From: Octopus vulgaris
Taxonomy: Eukaryota
Assembly (NCBI GenBank): GCA_951406725.2
Contig: OX597817.1
Location: 163,680,001-163,744,000 of the forward strand
DNA length: 64,000 nucleotides
Direction: 5' to 3'
Shown in pieces: positions 13,901 through 27,429 of this stretch (position 1 is its first letter; each line of letters begins with the position of its first letter). The notes beneath the pieces are model-generated. The model was not told the origin of the DNA and ran no database searches. It saw only the letters and a list, made by a program, of their open reading frames with translations. The translations under genes were made by a program, and so were the position numbers.

Positions 13901-14340
13901 GGCGTAGGAGTGGCTACGTGATTCCGGGTTCAGTCCTACTGCGTGGCAACTTGGGCAAGTGTCTTCTACTGTAGCCTTGGGCCGACCAAAGCCTTGTGAG
14001 TGGATTTAGTAGACGGAAACTGAAAGAAGCCCGTCGAATATACGTATGTTTATATATATATATTTATATATATATATATGTGTGTATGTGTGTGTGTGTG
14101 TGTGTGTGTGAGTGTGTGTGTGTGTGTTTGTGTGTCTGTGTTTGTCCCCCCAACATCGCTTGACAACCAATGTTGGTGTGTTTACGTCCCCGTAGCTTAG
14201 CGGTTCGGCAAAAAGAGACCGATAGAATAAGTACTAGGCTTACAAAGAATAAGTCCTGGGGTCGATTTGCTCCACTAAAAGGCGGTGCTCCAGCATGGCC
14301 ACGGTCAAATGACTGAAACAAGTAAAAGAGTAAAGAGAGT
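13901..14340 (+). mobile_element. SINE family A
   Basis: Colinear with 6104-6500; small deletion in head. Confidence 0.9.
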
Positions 14341-14916
14341 ACTGCATGAATGAAGTTATCTAATTTCTTGGTTGGTGAACTTTGAGATTTCCAGGATCTA
14401 CAGTGATGATCCTCCAATGTGTTGTCCTTAATGTACTTCAGACCCAGGTCTGCTCTGGTTGAGCAACCCTGCGATCGAAAGCATTCCCAGTATGGTCACA
14501 CCGTCTATTTAGGTGTGCCTTTTTTTTTTTTCATCTTTTACTTGTTTCAGTCATTGGACTACAGCCATGTAGGGACACCACCTTGAAAGGTTTTAGTGTG
14601 TCCGCCCCATCCCCAATAAACTTTTTTTTAAGTCTGGTACTTATTGTATTGGCCTCTTTTACCGGTCAAAAAAATTAGGGGGACACCGGTTATTTAGTGG
14701 GGTGGGGGAAGAAGCACAAACTCAGACACACATATACGCACACATATTCTTCACTTCCTGTCTTCCAAATCGGCTCGAAGCTATAGTAGAAGACACTTGC
14801 TCAAGGTGCCGCGTAGTGGGACTGAGCCTGAGACCACGTGGTTGGGAAGTAACTTTCTTAACCACAAACCACGCCTATGCCTGTTAGCTTTCCTTTCTTG
14901 CTTTTTTTAATTACTA

Positions 14917-15193
14917 TTTTACTTGTTTCAGTCATTTGACTGAGGTCATGCTGGAGCACTGCCTTTAGTCGAACAAATCGACCCAGGACTCATTCTTTGT
15001 AAGCCTAGTACTTATTCTATCGTTCTCTTTTTGCCGAACCGCTACGTTATAGAGACGTAAACACACCAGCATCGGTTGTCAAGCGATGTTAGGGAGACAA
15101 ACACAGACACACAAACATATACACACACATACATACATACATGCATACATACATGCATGCATGCATGCATACATACCTACATACATACATACA

Positions 15194-15260
<67 letters not shown>
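14917..15260 (-). mobile_element. SINE family A, 3' half (5' half at 18807-18920, separated by the LINE)
   Basis: Reverse complement of the family A tail up to its internal microsatellite. Confidence 0.85.
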
Positions 15261-15262
<2 letters not shown>

Positions 15263-15266
<4 letters not shown>

Positions 15267-15769
15267 GAAAAAATTGCCCCCACCTCCACCCCAAATACTG
15301 TCCTAAATACAGAATCCATGGTTCTGATCCTAAATACGGATGCATAAAAGGCAATGGATGCACCTTATTCCATCCTAAACTGTGCCAAACTTCTGTCTCA
15401 CAAAGGATGTGCCTGAACCCAGAATGCAACCACCACCATCTGAAGGGCACAAAACGATCACAGAATAAATATAAACAGGAACAGAGGAAATCTAGGACAA
15501 CAACAAGAACAAAATACAACCACGTTTCCCCTCCCACAATCAAACAACGTAGACAGAACCATGAAAAAACACCAAACAACGCCAACATGAAATATGTATC
15601 CTCTGACCAAGTGGCAAACCAAACAAGTAACTTTTTTTTACTGACATACCTAGAAAATATGAAGGCCGACCTAAGCCAGGAGATCCAGCGAGCTATCACC
15701 AACCATCTATGCAAATCACAAGGACCACTCACCCATTACCAACTTCCCTTACCTCGACATTCCTGTTAA
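15263..15769 (+). pseudogene. LINE ORF1 3' part with CCCH-like zinc fingers
   Basis: CPHLHPKYC...GCIKGNGCTLFHPKLC...CLNPECNHHHLKGT directly upstream of and overlapping ORF2. Confidence 0.7.
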
Positions 15770-18637
15770 ATGTACGTGGCATCAACCCATCAATTATTGC
15801 CCAAAAATGGAAGATCCCATATATAGAGAGTTGGCTTGCCGAAATGGCACATTGCTTCCCTTTCTTTATCCTTACCGAGACTCACCTGAACAACACCCAT
15901 ATGGACGCAGAGGTGAAAATAAAAGATTTCGCCATTGTTCGTGCGGATCGCACAGACCGAAATAAGGGAGGGACAGCCATCTTTATCCATGACTCCTATT
16001 CACTTGATGCCAAGGACATATTTTCCAATGGCTACTGTGAATCGGTATCACTATACAACAAAGCCAAGGACATAACCATTGTTGGTCTTAACAGGCCTCC
16101 CCAGGCACCTCTAAAGTACTTTGAAGAGTGCCTTAGCAAAGTCAAGTCCTTCCTTCGGAAGTACCACTCCGGAAACATACTAGTGATGGGTGATTTTAAC
16201 CTCCCTCATGTGAACTGGCCCACAAATACTCTGAAGTTAGGCAAGTGCTCTACATCAGATAGAGCAGCAGTAGAACTGCTCTTTAATCTGATGGATGAGT
16301 ATTTCCTGACTCAGCTAGTGCTTGAACCAACGAGACAGAACAAAACGATCTTGGATCTGGTATTGACCAATCACTCTAGCTACGTTCACAGTATTTCAGT
16401 CGAAAAATCTCTCCTCTCAGACCACGACATGGTACTCTGCAATCTTAATTCCCGACATATAAAAACCAAACCAGCCAATTCCACTCCATGGCACCCATTT
16501 GACAACATAAACTTCCACAAAGCGGACTGGGGAACAATCAGAAAGGATCTGTCTTCCATCGACTGGTCTTTTACTCTCAATTCCTCTCATATTGAGACCG
16601 CGTGGCAGCACTTTGAAAACATTGTCACCTATACATGCTCTAAACACGCTCCCAAGAAATCTACTAACACAAACAGAAACCGGCTCCCTAAAAAGAAAAA
16701 AAACACTCATCAGGCGCATCAAAAGACTCAGCAAAAAAATCAACCAATTAAAATATTCCCACACACAACATCCACATTCAACAACAATGAAAAGACTAGA
16801 GCTGGAAAAACTTCATCTGCAGACCAACATGAAAACCTCCATTGAAAATCAAAGAGCTGTGGAGGAACAATGGGTAATCAAAAACATCAAACAGAACCCA
16901 AATGTGTTCTATTCTTATGCAAATAAGCATAGAACCACTGTTTCACCCATTGGGCCATTGATTGATGATAACGGCATTCCCCAACACGATGCTAAAGAAA
17001 TGGCAGAAATACTGCAGAAACAATACTGCTCTATCTTTAGTGTTCCCACTGATATTGACGTAAGGGAAACGAACGAAGTTGACTCCCAACACAAAATCTC
17101 AGACATAACCTTCACTGCCACTGACATCGTAGCAGCAATAAATGAGGTCAAACATTACTCTGCTGTAGGCCCTGATAGATTTCCCGCTAGTCTCCTGAAG
17201 GAATGTAGATACCAACTTGCAGTCCCTCTGACCAACCTCTGAAGAAATTCGTTAGACGCAGGTTATATACCGAAACAGTTTCTATCCCAGTCGGTCATCC
17301 CGGTTTTCAAACAGGGAAACAGATCCCTCGCAGTCAACTATCGCCCAATCTCACTCACCTCCCACATCATTAAAGTGTTTGAAAGAGTGTTAAGATCAAG
17401 GATAGCTGACTTCCTGGAGACCCACAAACTCCTAAATGCAAATCAGCATGGCTTTCGCTGTGGCAGGGACTGTCTAACACAGCTCTTACACCACATTGAA
17501 GATGTACTCAAAGCCTTGGGAACAGGTTCGAACTCTGACGTCATATATCTTGACTTCAGTAAAGCGTTCGACAGGGTAGACCATAACATCCTACTCTCAA
17601 AATTGGCAAATGTTGGAATCCGTGGAAAAGTTCTACACTGGATTAAGTATTTCCTGGCGAATAGAACACAACATGTTGTAGTTGATGGAGTCCACTCAAA
17701 CCCAGCAAAAGTCACCAGCGGTGTTCCCCAGGGAACTGTTTTGGGTCCGCTACTCTTCATAATTTACGTAAACGACCTTTCCAGTGTCGTACATTACTGC
17801 AAAGTGAAAATATTTGCTGATGACACTAAGCTCCAGCAAATCGTCAATGAAGAAGCAGACCGAACTCAACTCCAGTCTGATCTATATGCTGTGAGTCAAT
17901 GGGCAGACAGAAACAAAATGCAACTGAATGAGGGAAAATTTGAGCTGATGCATTTTGGAAGAAATTCCTCACTAAAACAACCATACTCTCTTCCTTCAGG
18001 GGAACCGCTCACAGCCTCTAACAATATCAGAGACCTGGGTGTAATTGTTGATGACGATCTCAGTTGGAGTGCACACATCAACAAGAAGGTCGATATAGCT
18101 CGTAGGATGAGTTCCTGGATCTTAAGAACTTTCCGGTCCAGAGAACAAGGTGTCATCATACCACTTTTTTCCTCCTTTGTACGGCCACACCTTGAATACT
18201 GCTGCCCACTGTGGTCTCCTCACACAAGACAAAACATCTCCAGAATTGAGTCACCCCAGAGGGCACTCACTAAACAAATTGAAGGCATGGCTGCTCTCGA
18301 TTATTGGGATCGCCTTAAAGCCTTGAAACTTTACTCCCTCCAGCGTCGCCGTGAGCGGTACATCATTTGTACGATGTGGAAAATATACCGCCAACTTTGC
18401 CCAAACGACCTAAACATTAGCTTCAAGGTTCATCCAAGACTTGGACCACGGGCTATACGTCCCCTGCCCAATTCAAGATCACAACATACATGTACACTGC
18501 AACATAATTTCTTTTCCTCAACAGGCCCTGCCCTATTTAACATTGTCCCGAGGGAGATCAAAGAGGAAAGGATCCCATCAACTTTAAACAGAGTCTGGAT
18601 AGATTCCTTCAAAGAATACCAGATAAGCCACCCATAA
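15709..18637 (+). pseudogene. LINE ORF2 (APE endonuclease plus reverse transcriptase), disrupted
   Basis: NVRG, LTETHL, MGDFN, LDLVL, SDH; DFSKAFDRVDH, SGVPQGTVLGP, FADD; frameshift at A-run ~16690-16702, stop 17240-17242, probable frameshift ~18575. Confidence 0.93.
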
Positions 18638-18806
18638 TTGGATACAACTCACCCAACAAGAACTCACTACTTGAACAAAACTGGATACAACTCACCCAAC
18701 AAGAACTCACTATTTGACTTAAACAGGATTCGAATAATCCTATCAGGTGGTGCTATTAAGTTAGACATGGCCTGGACCAATCTTTGGTCGAAACATATCT
18801 AAGTTT

Positions 18807-18920
18807 ATATATATATATATATCTTTCATATATAAGGCTTTGGTCGGCCCGAGGCTATAGTAGAAGACACTTACCCAAGGTGCCACGCAATGGGAGTGAA
18901 CCCGGAACCACTCCTGCGCC
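18807..18920 (-). mobile_element. SINE family A, 5' half
   Basis: aaggctttggtcggcccgaggctatagtagaagacac...ccactcctgcgcc. Confidence 0.85.
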
Positions 18921-19332
18921 TATGATATCTCTTGTAAAGATATTATGTTGTAGTTTGTATAAGTACGGGTGTGGTAATCCTGATAATGTGGGTCATCAAG
19001 TATAATAGCCAATAAGAAGAATTTTATTGGTTTTTATTTTTGATATGAACGCTCACGACCTGAAATAAAATAAGAATTTACGAAAAGGCTAAACGAAAAG
19101 GAAAGAAAGAGTAAAAGAGATCAAAAGAAAATAAATTCAAAAGATAAAGTTAAACATTAAAGTTAATAGTTCCTGATCCTGCTGCTTTTTCTGTTACTCT
19201 GTTTCTTTCACTCGTCATCGTGGTGGTGGAGGTGGGTTTGGTCGCCATCGCCGTCGTAGTTGTTGCTGTGTAGCCCATCCTATAATCAAATGCGTTCTTG
19301 CCAACGTCTTTTTTGTTTTTCAGATAAGCAAT

Positions 19333-19333
19333 A

Positions 19334-19388
<55 letters not shown>

Positions 19389-19546
19389 TCACCACCACCA
19401 CTACTACTACCACCACCACCACCATCACCACTACTACTACCACCACCACCACCACCACCACTACTACTACTACCACCACCACCACCACCACCACCACCAC
19501 CACCACCACCACCACCACCACCACCACCACCACCACTACTACTACC

Positions 19547-19578
<32 letters not shown>

Positions 19579-19597
19579 GATGATGATGATGATGATG
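19333..19597. repeat. Compound (TAC)n/(CAC)n/(GAT)n trinucleotide repeat
   Basis: Direct reading. Confidence 0.97.
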
Positions 19598-19726
19598 GCG
19601 AGGGCTACGTTTTCCAGTGCACCTTCCTTTATTAATGCGTGAGTTGAGGGAAATTTCGGCTGCTATTTCTATATCTCGTAGTTACATATTGACTGGCCCC
19701 TTTCCTGCAGGATAAACTTGGTGTGG

Positions 19727-20106
19727 AAGCACTCCGTCGGTTACGACGACGAGGGTTCCGGTTGATCCGAATCTACGGAACAGCCTGCTCGTGAAATTAA
19801 CGTGTAAGTGGCTGAGCACTCCACAGACACGTGTACCCTTAACGTAGTTCTCGGGGATATTCAGCGTGACACAGAGAGTGACAAGGCCGGCCCTTTGAAA
19901 TACAGGTACAACAGAAACAGGAAGTAAGAGTGAGAGAAAGTTGTGGTGAAAGAGTACAGCAGGTATCACCACCATCCCCTGCCGGAGCCTCGTGGAGCTT
20001 TAGGTGTTTTCGCTCAATAAACACTCACAGCGCCCGGTCTGGGAATCGAAACCGCGATCCTATGACCGCGAGTCCGCTGCCCTAACCACTGGGCCATTGC
20101 GCCTCC
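19727..20106 (-). mobile_element. tRNA-derived SINE family C, tail type 2
   Basis: Same head and body as 12862-13158 but a different ~200-bp 3' tail. Confidence 0.88.
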
Positions 20107-20329
20107 AATAAACTTGGAGGACGTTGAAGAATACGGTAGAGGATTTTCATTGTTCTCGCTGTTGCTTAGCCCCTGTCGCCTCTTATTAAATATACCCATA
20201 ATCCAACCGACCACATCCTATTTCTCTTTCATGTTTAGTAAATACAATATTGCTTTTTTTCCAAAGTGTCCTTCTTTTATGAAGACAGTAGTGTGTGATT
20301 AGAAGGAAAATTTGGTCTCTATTTCTTAC

Positions 20330-20556
20330 TTCTTTATTGCTCACAGGGGCTAAACATAGAGGGGACTAACAAGGACAGACAAACGGATTAAGTTGATTAC
20401 ATCGACCCCAGTGCGTAACTGGTACTTAATTTATCTACCCCGAAAGGATGAAAGGCAAAGTCGACCACGGTGGTATTTGACTCAGAACATAACGGCAGAC
20501 GAAATACTGCTAAGCATTTCCCCGGCCGTGCTAACGTTTCTGTCAGCTCGCCGCCT
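20330..20556 (-). mobile_element. SINE family B monomer
   Basis: cccgaaaggatgaaaggcaaagtcgacc...gctcgccgcc. Confidence 0.9.
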
Positions 20557-20729
20557 TGGTCTCTATTTCTAACGGGTCTAGTAACCAAATAGGAGTTGCT
20601 TTTCTATTGTCTCTGCCTTGTAGTTTTGTGCTGAAGAATGTTGAGGATGAGAACAACTGATTCTGATTATTTCATTTGATGTTCACCATAAATTAGATAG
20701 AGAAGACTAAACGTCAGTAATTCACTGAG

Positions 20730-21130
20730 AATTGTTAGCGCGCCGGGCGAAATGCGTAGCCGTATTTCGTTTGCCGCTACGTTCTGAGTCCAAATTCCGC
20801 CGAGCTCGACTTTGCCTTTCATCCTTTCGGGGTCGATAAATTAAGTACCAGTTACGCACTGGTAATCAACCTAATCCGTTTGTCTGTCCTTGTTTGTCCC
20901 CTCTGTGTTTAGCCCCTTGTGGGTAGTAAAGAAATAGGTATTTCGTCTGTCGTTACGTTCTGAGTTCAAATTCCGCCGAGCTCGACTTTGCCTTTCATCC
21001 TTTCGGGGTCGATAAATTAAGTACCAGTTACGCACTGGGGTCGATGTAATCGACTTAATTCCTTTGTCTGTCCTTGTTTCTCTACTCTATGTTTAGCCCC
21101 TTGTAGGTAGTAAAGAAATAGGTATTTAGT
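20730..21130 (+). mobile_element. SINE family B dimer plus start of a third unit
   Basis: Junction gaaataggtatttcgtc at ~20931 and gaaataggtattt at ~21115. Confidence 0.9.
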
Positions 21131-21842
21131 TTTTGTCTCTCTTAGAAAAAGTGGGAAAGATAGTCTCACATAGAGTTTCAGACACAGGAAGAAACTGATG
21201 CTGCTGTCATTTTCGGGAAAAATTATTTATTATTTTATTTTGAGAATTTTAAAATAGAATATCGACATTTAAAAAGACTAACATTGTGTCTAATATGTGT
21301 TGCAATACACTCCAATTGGATTTATAGATTTGAATATAGTGAAAATAGTTATTTTGATGAATGTAAATTTAGTTAAGTTTGTATGCTGTAGGCAGTTGAC
21401 AATTCTGATGTTTTGCGCTGCAAACACCTCCATCAAGAAAAGAAAGTATTTTTAGTTTGTTTTTTGTTTTGTTTTGTTTTTTTTTTTGTATTTTTTGCTC
21501 GAAACGCGATAATTCTTCCCACTCTTATGGCAATAGAAACTTCATTAGAAAATTTTAACCATCGCTTGTGCACTTGAATTTTATTTATTTTTATTTGATA
21601 TTTTATATAACGGTGATTAATATGATGATGATGATGATGATGATGTTGATGATAAACACGACCAGCATCACCACGACGATGACGATAATGATGATAAACA
21701 CAACTACAATGATATAATGGTGAAAGCTTCTAAAAGTAGAGGAATGTTTGTTCACATCTTACCTTATTTCTGCTGCTGAATGTCGTTTAGCAGATAAGAA
21801 ACGCCACAACACTCAACACATCTGACTGCTAAGCACGAGGGC

Positions 21843-22335
21843 GATGATTGACGATGTTAATGATGATGGTGGTGGTGATGATAATGATGATGATGATGAT
21901 GATGATGATGAAGCTTGATGATGATGATGATGATGATGATGGTGATGGTGATGGTGGTGTGGTGGTGGTGGTGGTGGTGGTAGTGGTGGTGGTGGTGGTC
22001 GTCGTCGTCGTAGTCATCATCGTCGTGAGGATGATAACGATAATGGCGATGACAATGATAAGGACGGCAACGATAACGACGACGACGATAACGACAACGA
22101 CAACGGTGATGATAATGATGACAATGATGATGATAATGGTGACGATGAGGACAATGTTAATAATGACGATGATGATCATAACGTTGGTAATGACAATGAT
22201 GATGATGATGACGACGACGACGACGATAATGAGGATGGCAAGAACAACGACAACAATAACAGCGACGACTACGATGACGGCGTTTATGATGATGATGGTG
22301 ATGATGATGACGACGACGACGACGATTACGATGAC

Positions 22336-22379
<44 letters not shown>

Positions 22380-22454
22380 CGACGACGACGACGACGGCGA
22401 CGATGACGATGATGATGATGATGATGGTGGTGATGATGATGGTGATGATGATGA

Positions 22455-22487
<33 letters not shown>

Positions 22488-22612
22488 TGATGATGATGAT
22501 AATGATGATTTTGATGATGATGATGACGGCGACGACGACGACGACGACGACGATGATGATGATGATGAAGGCGGTGACAACAAGGGCAGCAACTACAGCA
22601 ACGACGACGATG
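21843..22612. repeat. Compound (GAT/GAC/GGT/AAT)n trinucleotide tract
   Basis: Direct reading. Confidence 0.95.
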
Positions 22613-23157
22613 GAGAGAAAGAGGTGGACTGAATGAGCAGAGGCAGAAGAGGAAGGCGATCGCGTCTAAATATGAAAGCAAATCTGACGTTGTTGTGAAG
22701 GTGAAGACGTCCCCAATGTTTGACGTAAATATCATCTCACGAAACCTTTCTGGTGCGTCAGCGTCTCGTAATGGTTTCTTCCATTTGACATCTAATATTA
22801 CATTTCTGATGTCTTATGTATAAAGTAACGATTTTTATGTTTTGGCAGCGTGTGTATATATATCTGTGTGTATATCTGTTAATTTCTGGTTTCTTTTCCA
22901 AGAATGTATTAATGGATGCGCAAATAAGAGTGTGTCACTCTCAAATGGTGCCTTTGTATGTGTAAGAGGACACACAAACACACACGCACACACACAAATA
23001 CACTCACACACACGCTCGCACGCCCACACACACACACGCTCGCACGCATACGCAAACACACACACACACACGCACATACACACATACATCCATTCAAGTA
23101 AACGCACACAAATATACACCCAGAAACATACACATACACATACATGCACAAACATAC

Positions 23158-23640
23158 ACATGTATGTATGTATGTATGTATGTATGCATGTATGTATGTA
23201 TGTATGTATGTATGTATGTATGTATGTATGTGTACATGTGTGTATAATGTATGTATGTATGTATGTATGTATGTATGTATGCATGTATGTATGTATGTAT
23301 GTGTGTAAGTGTGTATGTAAGTATGTAAGTATGTATGTATGTATGTATGTATGCATGTATGTATGTATGTATGCATGTATGTATGTATGTATGTATGTAT
23401 GTATGTATGTATGTATGTATGTATGTATGTATGTATGTATGTATGTATGTATGTATGTATGTATGTATGTTATGTATGTATGTATGTATGTATGTATGTA
23501 TGTATGTATGTATGTATGTATGTATGTATGTATGTATGTATGTATGTATGTATGTATGTATGTATGTATGTATGTATGTATGTATGTGTGTATGTATGTA
23601 TGTATGTATGCATGTGTACATGTGTGTATGATGTATGTAT
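23158..23640. repeat. (TATG)n microsatellite
   Basis: Direct reading. Confidence 0.97.
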
Positions 23641-23778
23641 GAAAGTATTGGTGTATGTTTCGGTAATGGAAATATTTTATAAGGATTGAATAACACTTAT
23701 GATATAAATCTGTGTATGAGCGAGAGTTTGTGTCCAAGCGTTTGTACATGTACGTACATACGTATATATGTATGTATG

Positions 23779-23812
<34 letters not shown>

Positions 23813-23877
23813 TGTATGTATGTATGTATGTACGTACGTATGTATGTATGCATGTACTATGCAACCATGGATGTGTG

Positions 23878-23945
<68 letters not shown>

Positions 23946-24396
23946 TGTGTGTGTGTGTATATGCATTTATATATGTGAGTGTATTTGTATATATGTATAA
24001 GTGCTCGTGTGTATGTTTATTTGTTAGCGAAGTAATTCAATGAAATTATTCAAAACTGTTTTACTATCTATATTTAGCAAAATCTGTCTAAACATTATGA
24101 TTTTAAACTTCTCACTAAAAGTCTAATAGTTGCACGCTAACTACCAAACTATTTTTGTTACAAACCAGTTTCAGTATTAGACTAGACATTTAGTCTAATA
24201 CTAGTCTAAACATTTACTTAGTTGCAGAACAGACTGTTTAGAGTGGTCAATCAACATTTCCTAACGGTTTCAACTTTTCTAGTCGCCTTCTTCTTTCGGT
24301 GTAAATATTTCAGTTTACTCTGCTCCATACATCCATATTTTAAATTGACACAATCGATCTGTATCATAGAAAGGCAAGTTAAAATGTTGGTTGGTT

Positions 24397-24470
<74 letters not shown>

Positions 24471-24546
24471 CAGATAGACGGACAGACAGAAAGACAGGCA
24501 GATAGCCTGATAGGCTAGCAGACAGACAGATAGATAGATAGGATAA

Positions 24547-24607
<61 letters not shown>

Positions 24608-24696
24608 CCAACAAATAGATAGGTAGATAGATAGGCAGACAGACAAGCAGGCCGATAGATAGATAGATAAACAGACAGACAGACAGACAGACAGAC

Positions 24697-24752
<56 letters not shown>

Positions 24753-24777
24753 TGATAGATAGATAGATAGATAGATA
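24397..24777. repeat. (GATA)n/(GACA)n microsatellite, resumes at 25187-25272
   Basis: Direct reading. Confidence 0.97.
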
Positions 24778-24848
24778 TGTTTCTTTATTAGCCACACAGG
24801 GCTGCACACAGATAGAACAAATTACAAGGTAGAGCTTTTCTTTTGAAG

Positions 24849-24883
<35 letters not shown>

Positions 24884-25186
24884 AAGGGGGAGTTTCGATC
24901 AAAAGGGATCGTAAAAGGAGAGAAAGAGGACAAAAAAAGGGGGGTTAAAAAAAGGGGGAGAGGAAAAAAAATTGATCAATAGGGATCGTTATCACAGAAA
25001 TGTCAATATGAAGTGTAAAGGGGAGGACAGGTGAGGTTTACCCGTGGAAAGAAAAGCCTACGGAAAAGACCACGGTAACCTCGGTCAATGAAGTCACATT
25101 TTATATTTCTTTTTTTTTTTTTTTTTTTTTTTTGCAAATAAGCAACTCTCTGTTTTCGATTTCTGGGTTCATAGGACTATGCTCAA
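24778..25186 (-). mobile_element. Probable 3' end (last codons plus 3' UTR) of a non-LTR retrotransposon inserted in (TCTA)n
   Basis: Minus: (TCTA)n-ttgagcatagtcctatga...T/C-rich UTR...AATAAAgaaaca-(TCTA)n. Confidence 0.6.
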
Positions 25187-25205
25187 GAGATAGATAGATA
25201 GATTT

Positions 25206-25273
<68 letters not shown>

Positions 25274-25569
25274 GAAAAAAGATATTTCCAGAGAAGATAT
25301 GTAAATCAACATGTTGATTAATCGATAATAAATCTGGTACCAGATTACATAAAGTTTGCTTTCTGATTTCCTGTTTATATCGACTGACCATTAAATTACT
25401 CATGGACAGCTGGACAATGCTGGAGAGGGCAATATATAACATATGTGACAGTAATTGCCCTAAAGCTTGTGTATTCATAAGAAGACAAAGTTTTATACTG
25501 GTCAATATTGTGTCGACAAATGGGCTTGTATAATGTAAGCTCATCTGTTAAATATTGACACAATACGGG

Positions 25570-25790
25570 CATACAGCGTAGTGGTTAAGAGCACGGGCTA
25601 CTAACCCCCCCCCCTCTGCCAAAAAAAAAAAAAACTTCACGTTCTGAGTTCAATTTCCGCCGTGGTCGACTTTCAATTTCATCCTTTCGGGGTCGATAAA
25701 AAAAAGTACCAGTTGTGTACTAGGGTCGATGTAATCGACTATCTCCTTCCTCCAAATTTTAGGCCTTGTATCTATAGAAGAAACGATTGA
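25570..25790 (+). mobile_element. SINE with tRNA-like head and family B-type central domain
   Basis: agcgtagtggttaagagcacgggc...gttctgagttcaatttccgcc...catcctttcggggtcgata. Confidence 0.75.
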
Positions 25791-25842
25791 CACAATCTAA
25801 TCACATTTGAATAAGATACTACTATGATATATATATGATACA

Positions 25843-26006
25843 GGCGCAGGAGCGGCTGTGTGGTAAGTAGCTTGCTTACCAACCATATGGTTCCGGGTTC
25901 AGTCCCACTGCGTGGCACCTTGGGCAAGTGTCTTCTACTACAGCCTCGGGCCGACCAAAGCCTTGTGAGTGGATTTGGTAGACGGAAATATAAAAGAAGC
26001 CCGTCG

Positions 26007-26100
<94 letters not shown>

Positions 26101-26300
26101 TGTGTTTGTGCCCCCAACATCGCTTGACAACCCATGCTGGTATGTTTACGTCCCCGTAACTTAGCGGTTCGGCACAAGAGACCGATAGAATAAGTACCAG
26201 GCTTCCAAAGAATAAGTCCTGCAGTTGATTTGCGCGACTAAAGGCGGTGCTCCAACATGGCCGCAGTCAAATGACTGAAACAAGTAAAAGAGTAAAGAGT
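25843..26300 (+). mobile_element. SINE family A (full length)
   Basis: Colinear with 6104-6500. Confidence 0.92.
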
Positions 26301-27429
26301 ATATACATATTATGTCGATCGCTTTACGACATAAAACTAGCTATACTTAAGTGCGGTCCTTTTTTTTTTTCTTTTGGACTTAAAGAGGAGAGGTTAGCTC
26401 TAACAATCTTCTTCAGGACTTTCGTAACTGATGAGAAGATGGGAAGATATTTTTTCCCCTCAGATTGAAGTCTTGTCCCAATGCTTGCAACAAATTGTAT
26501 TGTGCTAAAGCCAATAAAAGCCCAGATGGTGGTATTAAAATAGGTGGTGGATTAAATCAATTGCTCAAGAATAGGAACAACCCTTTCGATGGACTTCCAC
26601 AGAGTTTTCGTCTGCCAAATTTGACTCAGAAGTCAAGACTGCGGTAGAAGTCAACTGTCACAGGCGCTCCTAATTAGGAATATTTCTACAGCTATGTCTT
26701 TGCTTAACCGCACAACCACGTGAATATCTGAAGATACGAAGAACTAGAAATTATTTGTGACAGGAAAGCGGAAAGCTTCGAATCGTGCATAATACGCTGG
26801 TAGAATTGTTAGTACACCGAGCAAAATGCTTAGCAGCAATTCGCTTGTCTTTACGTTCTGAGTCCAAATTTCGAAGTCGACTTTGCTCTTCATCCTTTCG
26901 TTGTCGATAAAATAACTACCAGTTGGACACTGGGATCGATGTAATTGACGTACTCCCTTCTTGAAATTGCTGGCCTTTTGCCAGAATTTTGAAATTATTA
27001 TGGTACATGATGTAATAAAAGTCTCTTGGATATTTCACATGACAGATTGTCACAGTAAGTTAAAGTGAGGTGAGTATCGTAAAAAAAAATAAAATAAAAT
27101 AAGCGAATGGTTCAGCTAATAATGTTGATGATTTGTTTTATAATATCTGTAATATGCGGATTCTCAAGTCCTCAGTAGATGCAATTTTATCGGTCAGTTG
27201 AGGTATTTAATTTAATGTAGCCTCACTACTCCAAACAGTCTTTGTTGGAAAGTGTGAATTTTCTATACATTTTACCAAATGCCACACGTAGATCTTTACT
27301 TTCGGTTCGGATCATCTTCATTGTTGGAAAGTGTGAATCCTTTATATGACAATATTACTTATATATGTTGTGTTATGAATTTATGGAAAGAAATCCCATA
27401 AAACACAAAAATTTAGTTAAAAATCGAAA

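Larger units (their letters stand above)
15263..18806 (+). mobile_element. CR1-like (Jockey-group) LINE, near full length, decayed
   Basis: ORF1 remnant with Cys/His fingers, APE endonuclease, RT, short 3' UTR; flanked by (TA)n on both sides. Confidence 0.92.

Noticed and set aside
18762-18803. Hammerhead at the LINE 3' end (GACCAA-tct-TTGGTC GAAAC)
   Set aside because: No CUGANGA core 5' of the stem; treated as a plain stem-loop
25290-25553. Possible minus-strand exon after tttaacag
   Set aside because: No recognisable protein motif or partner exons
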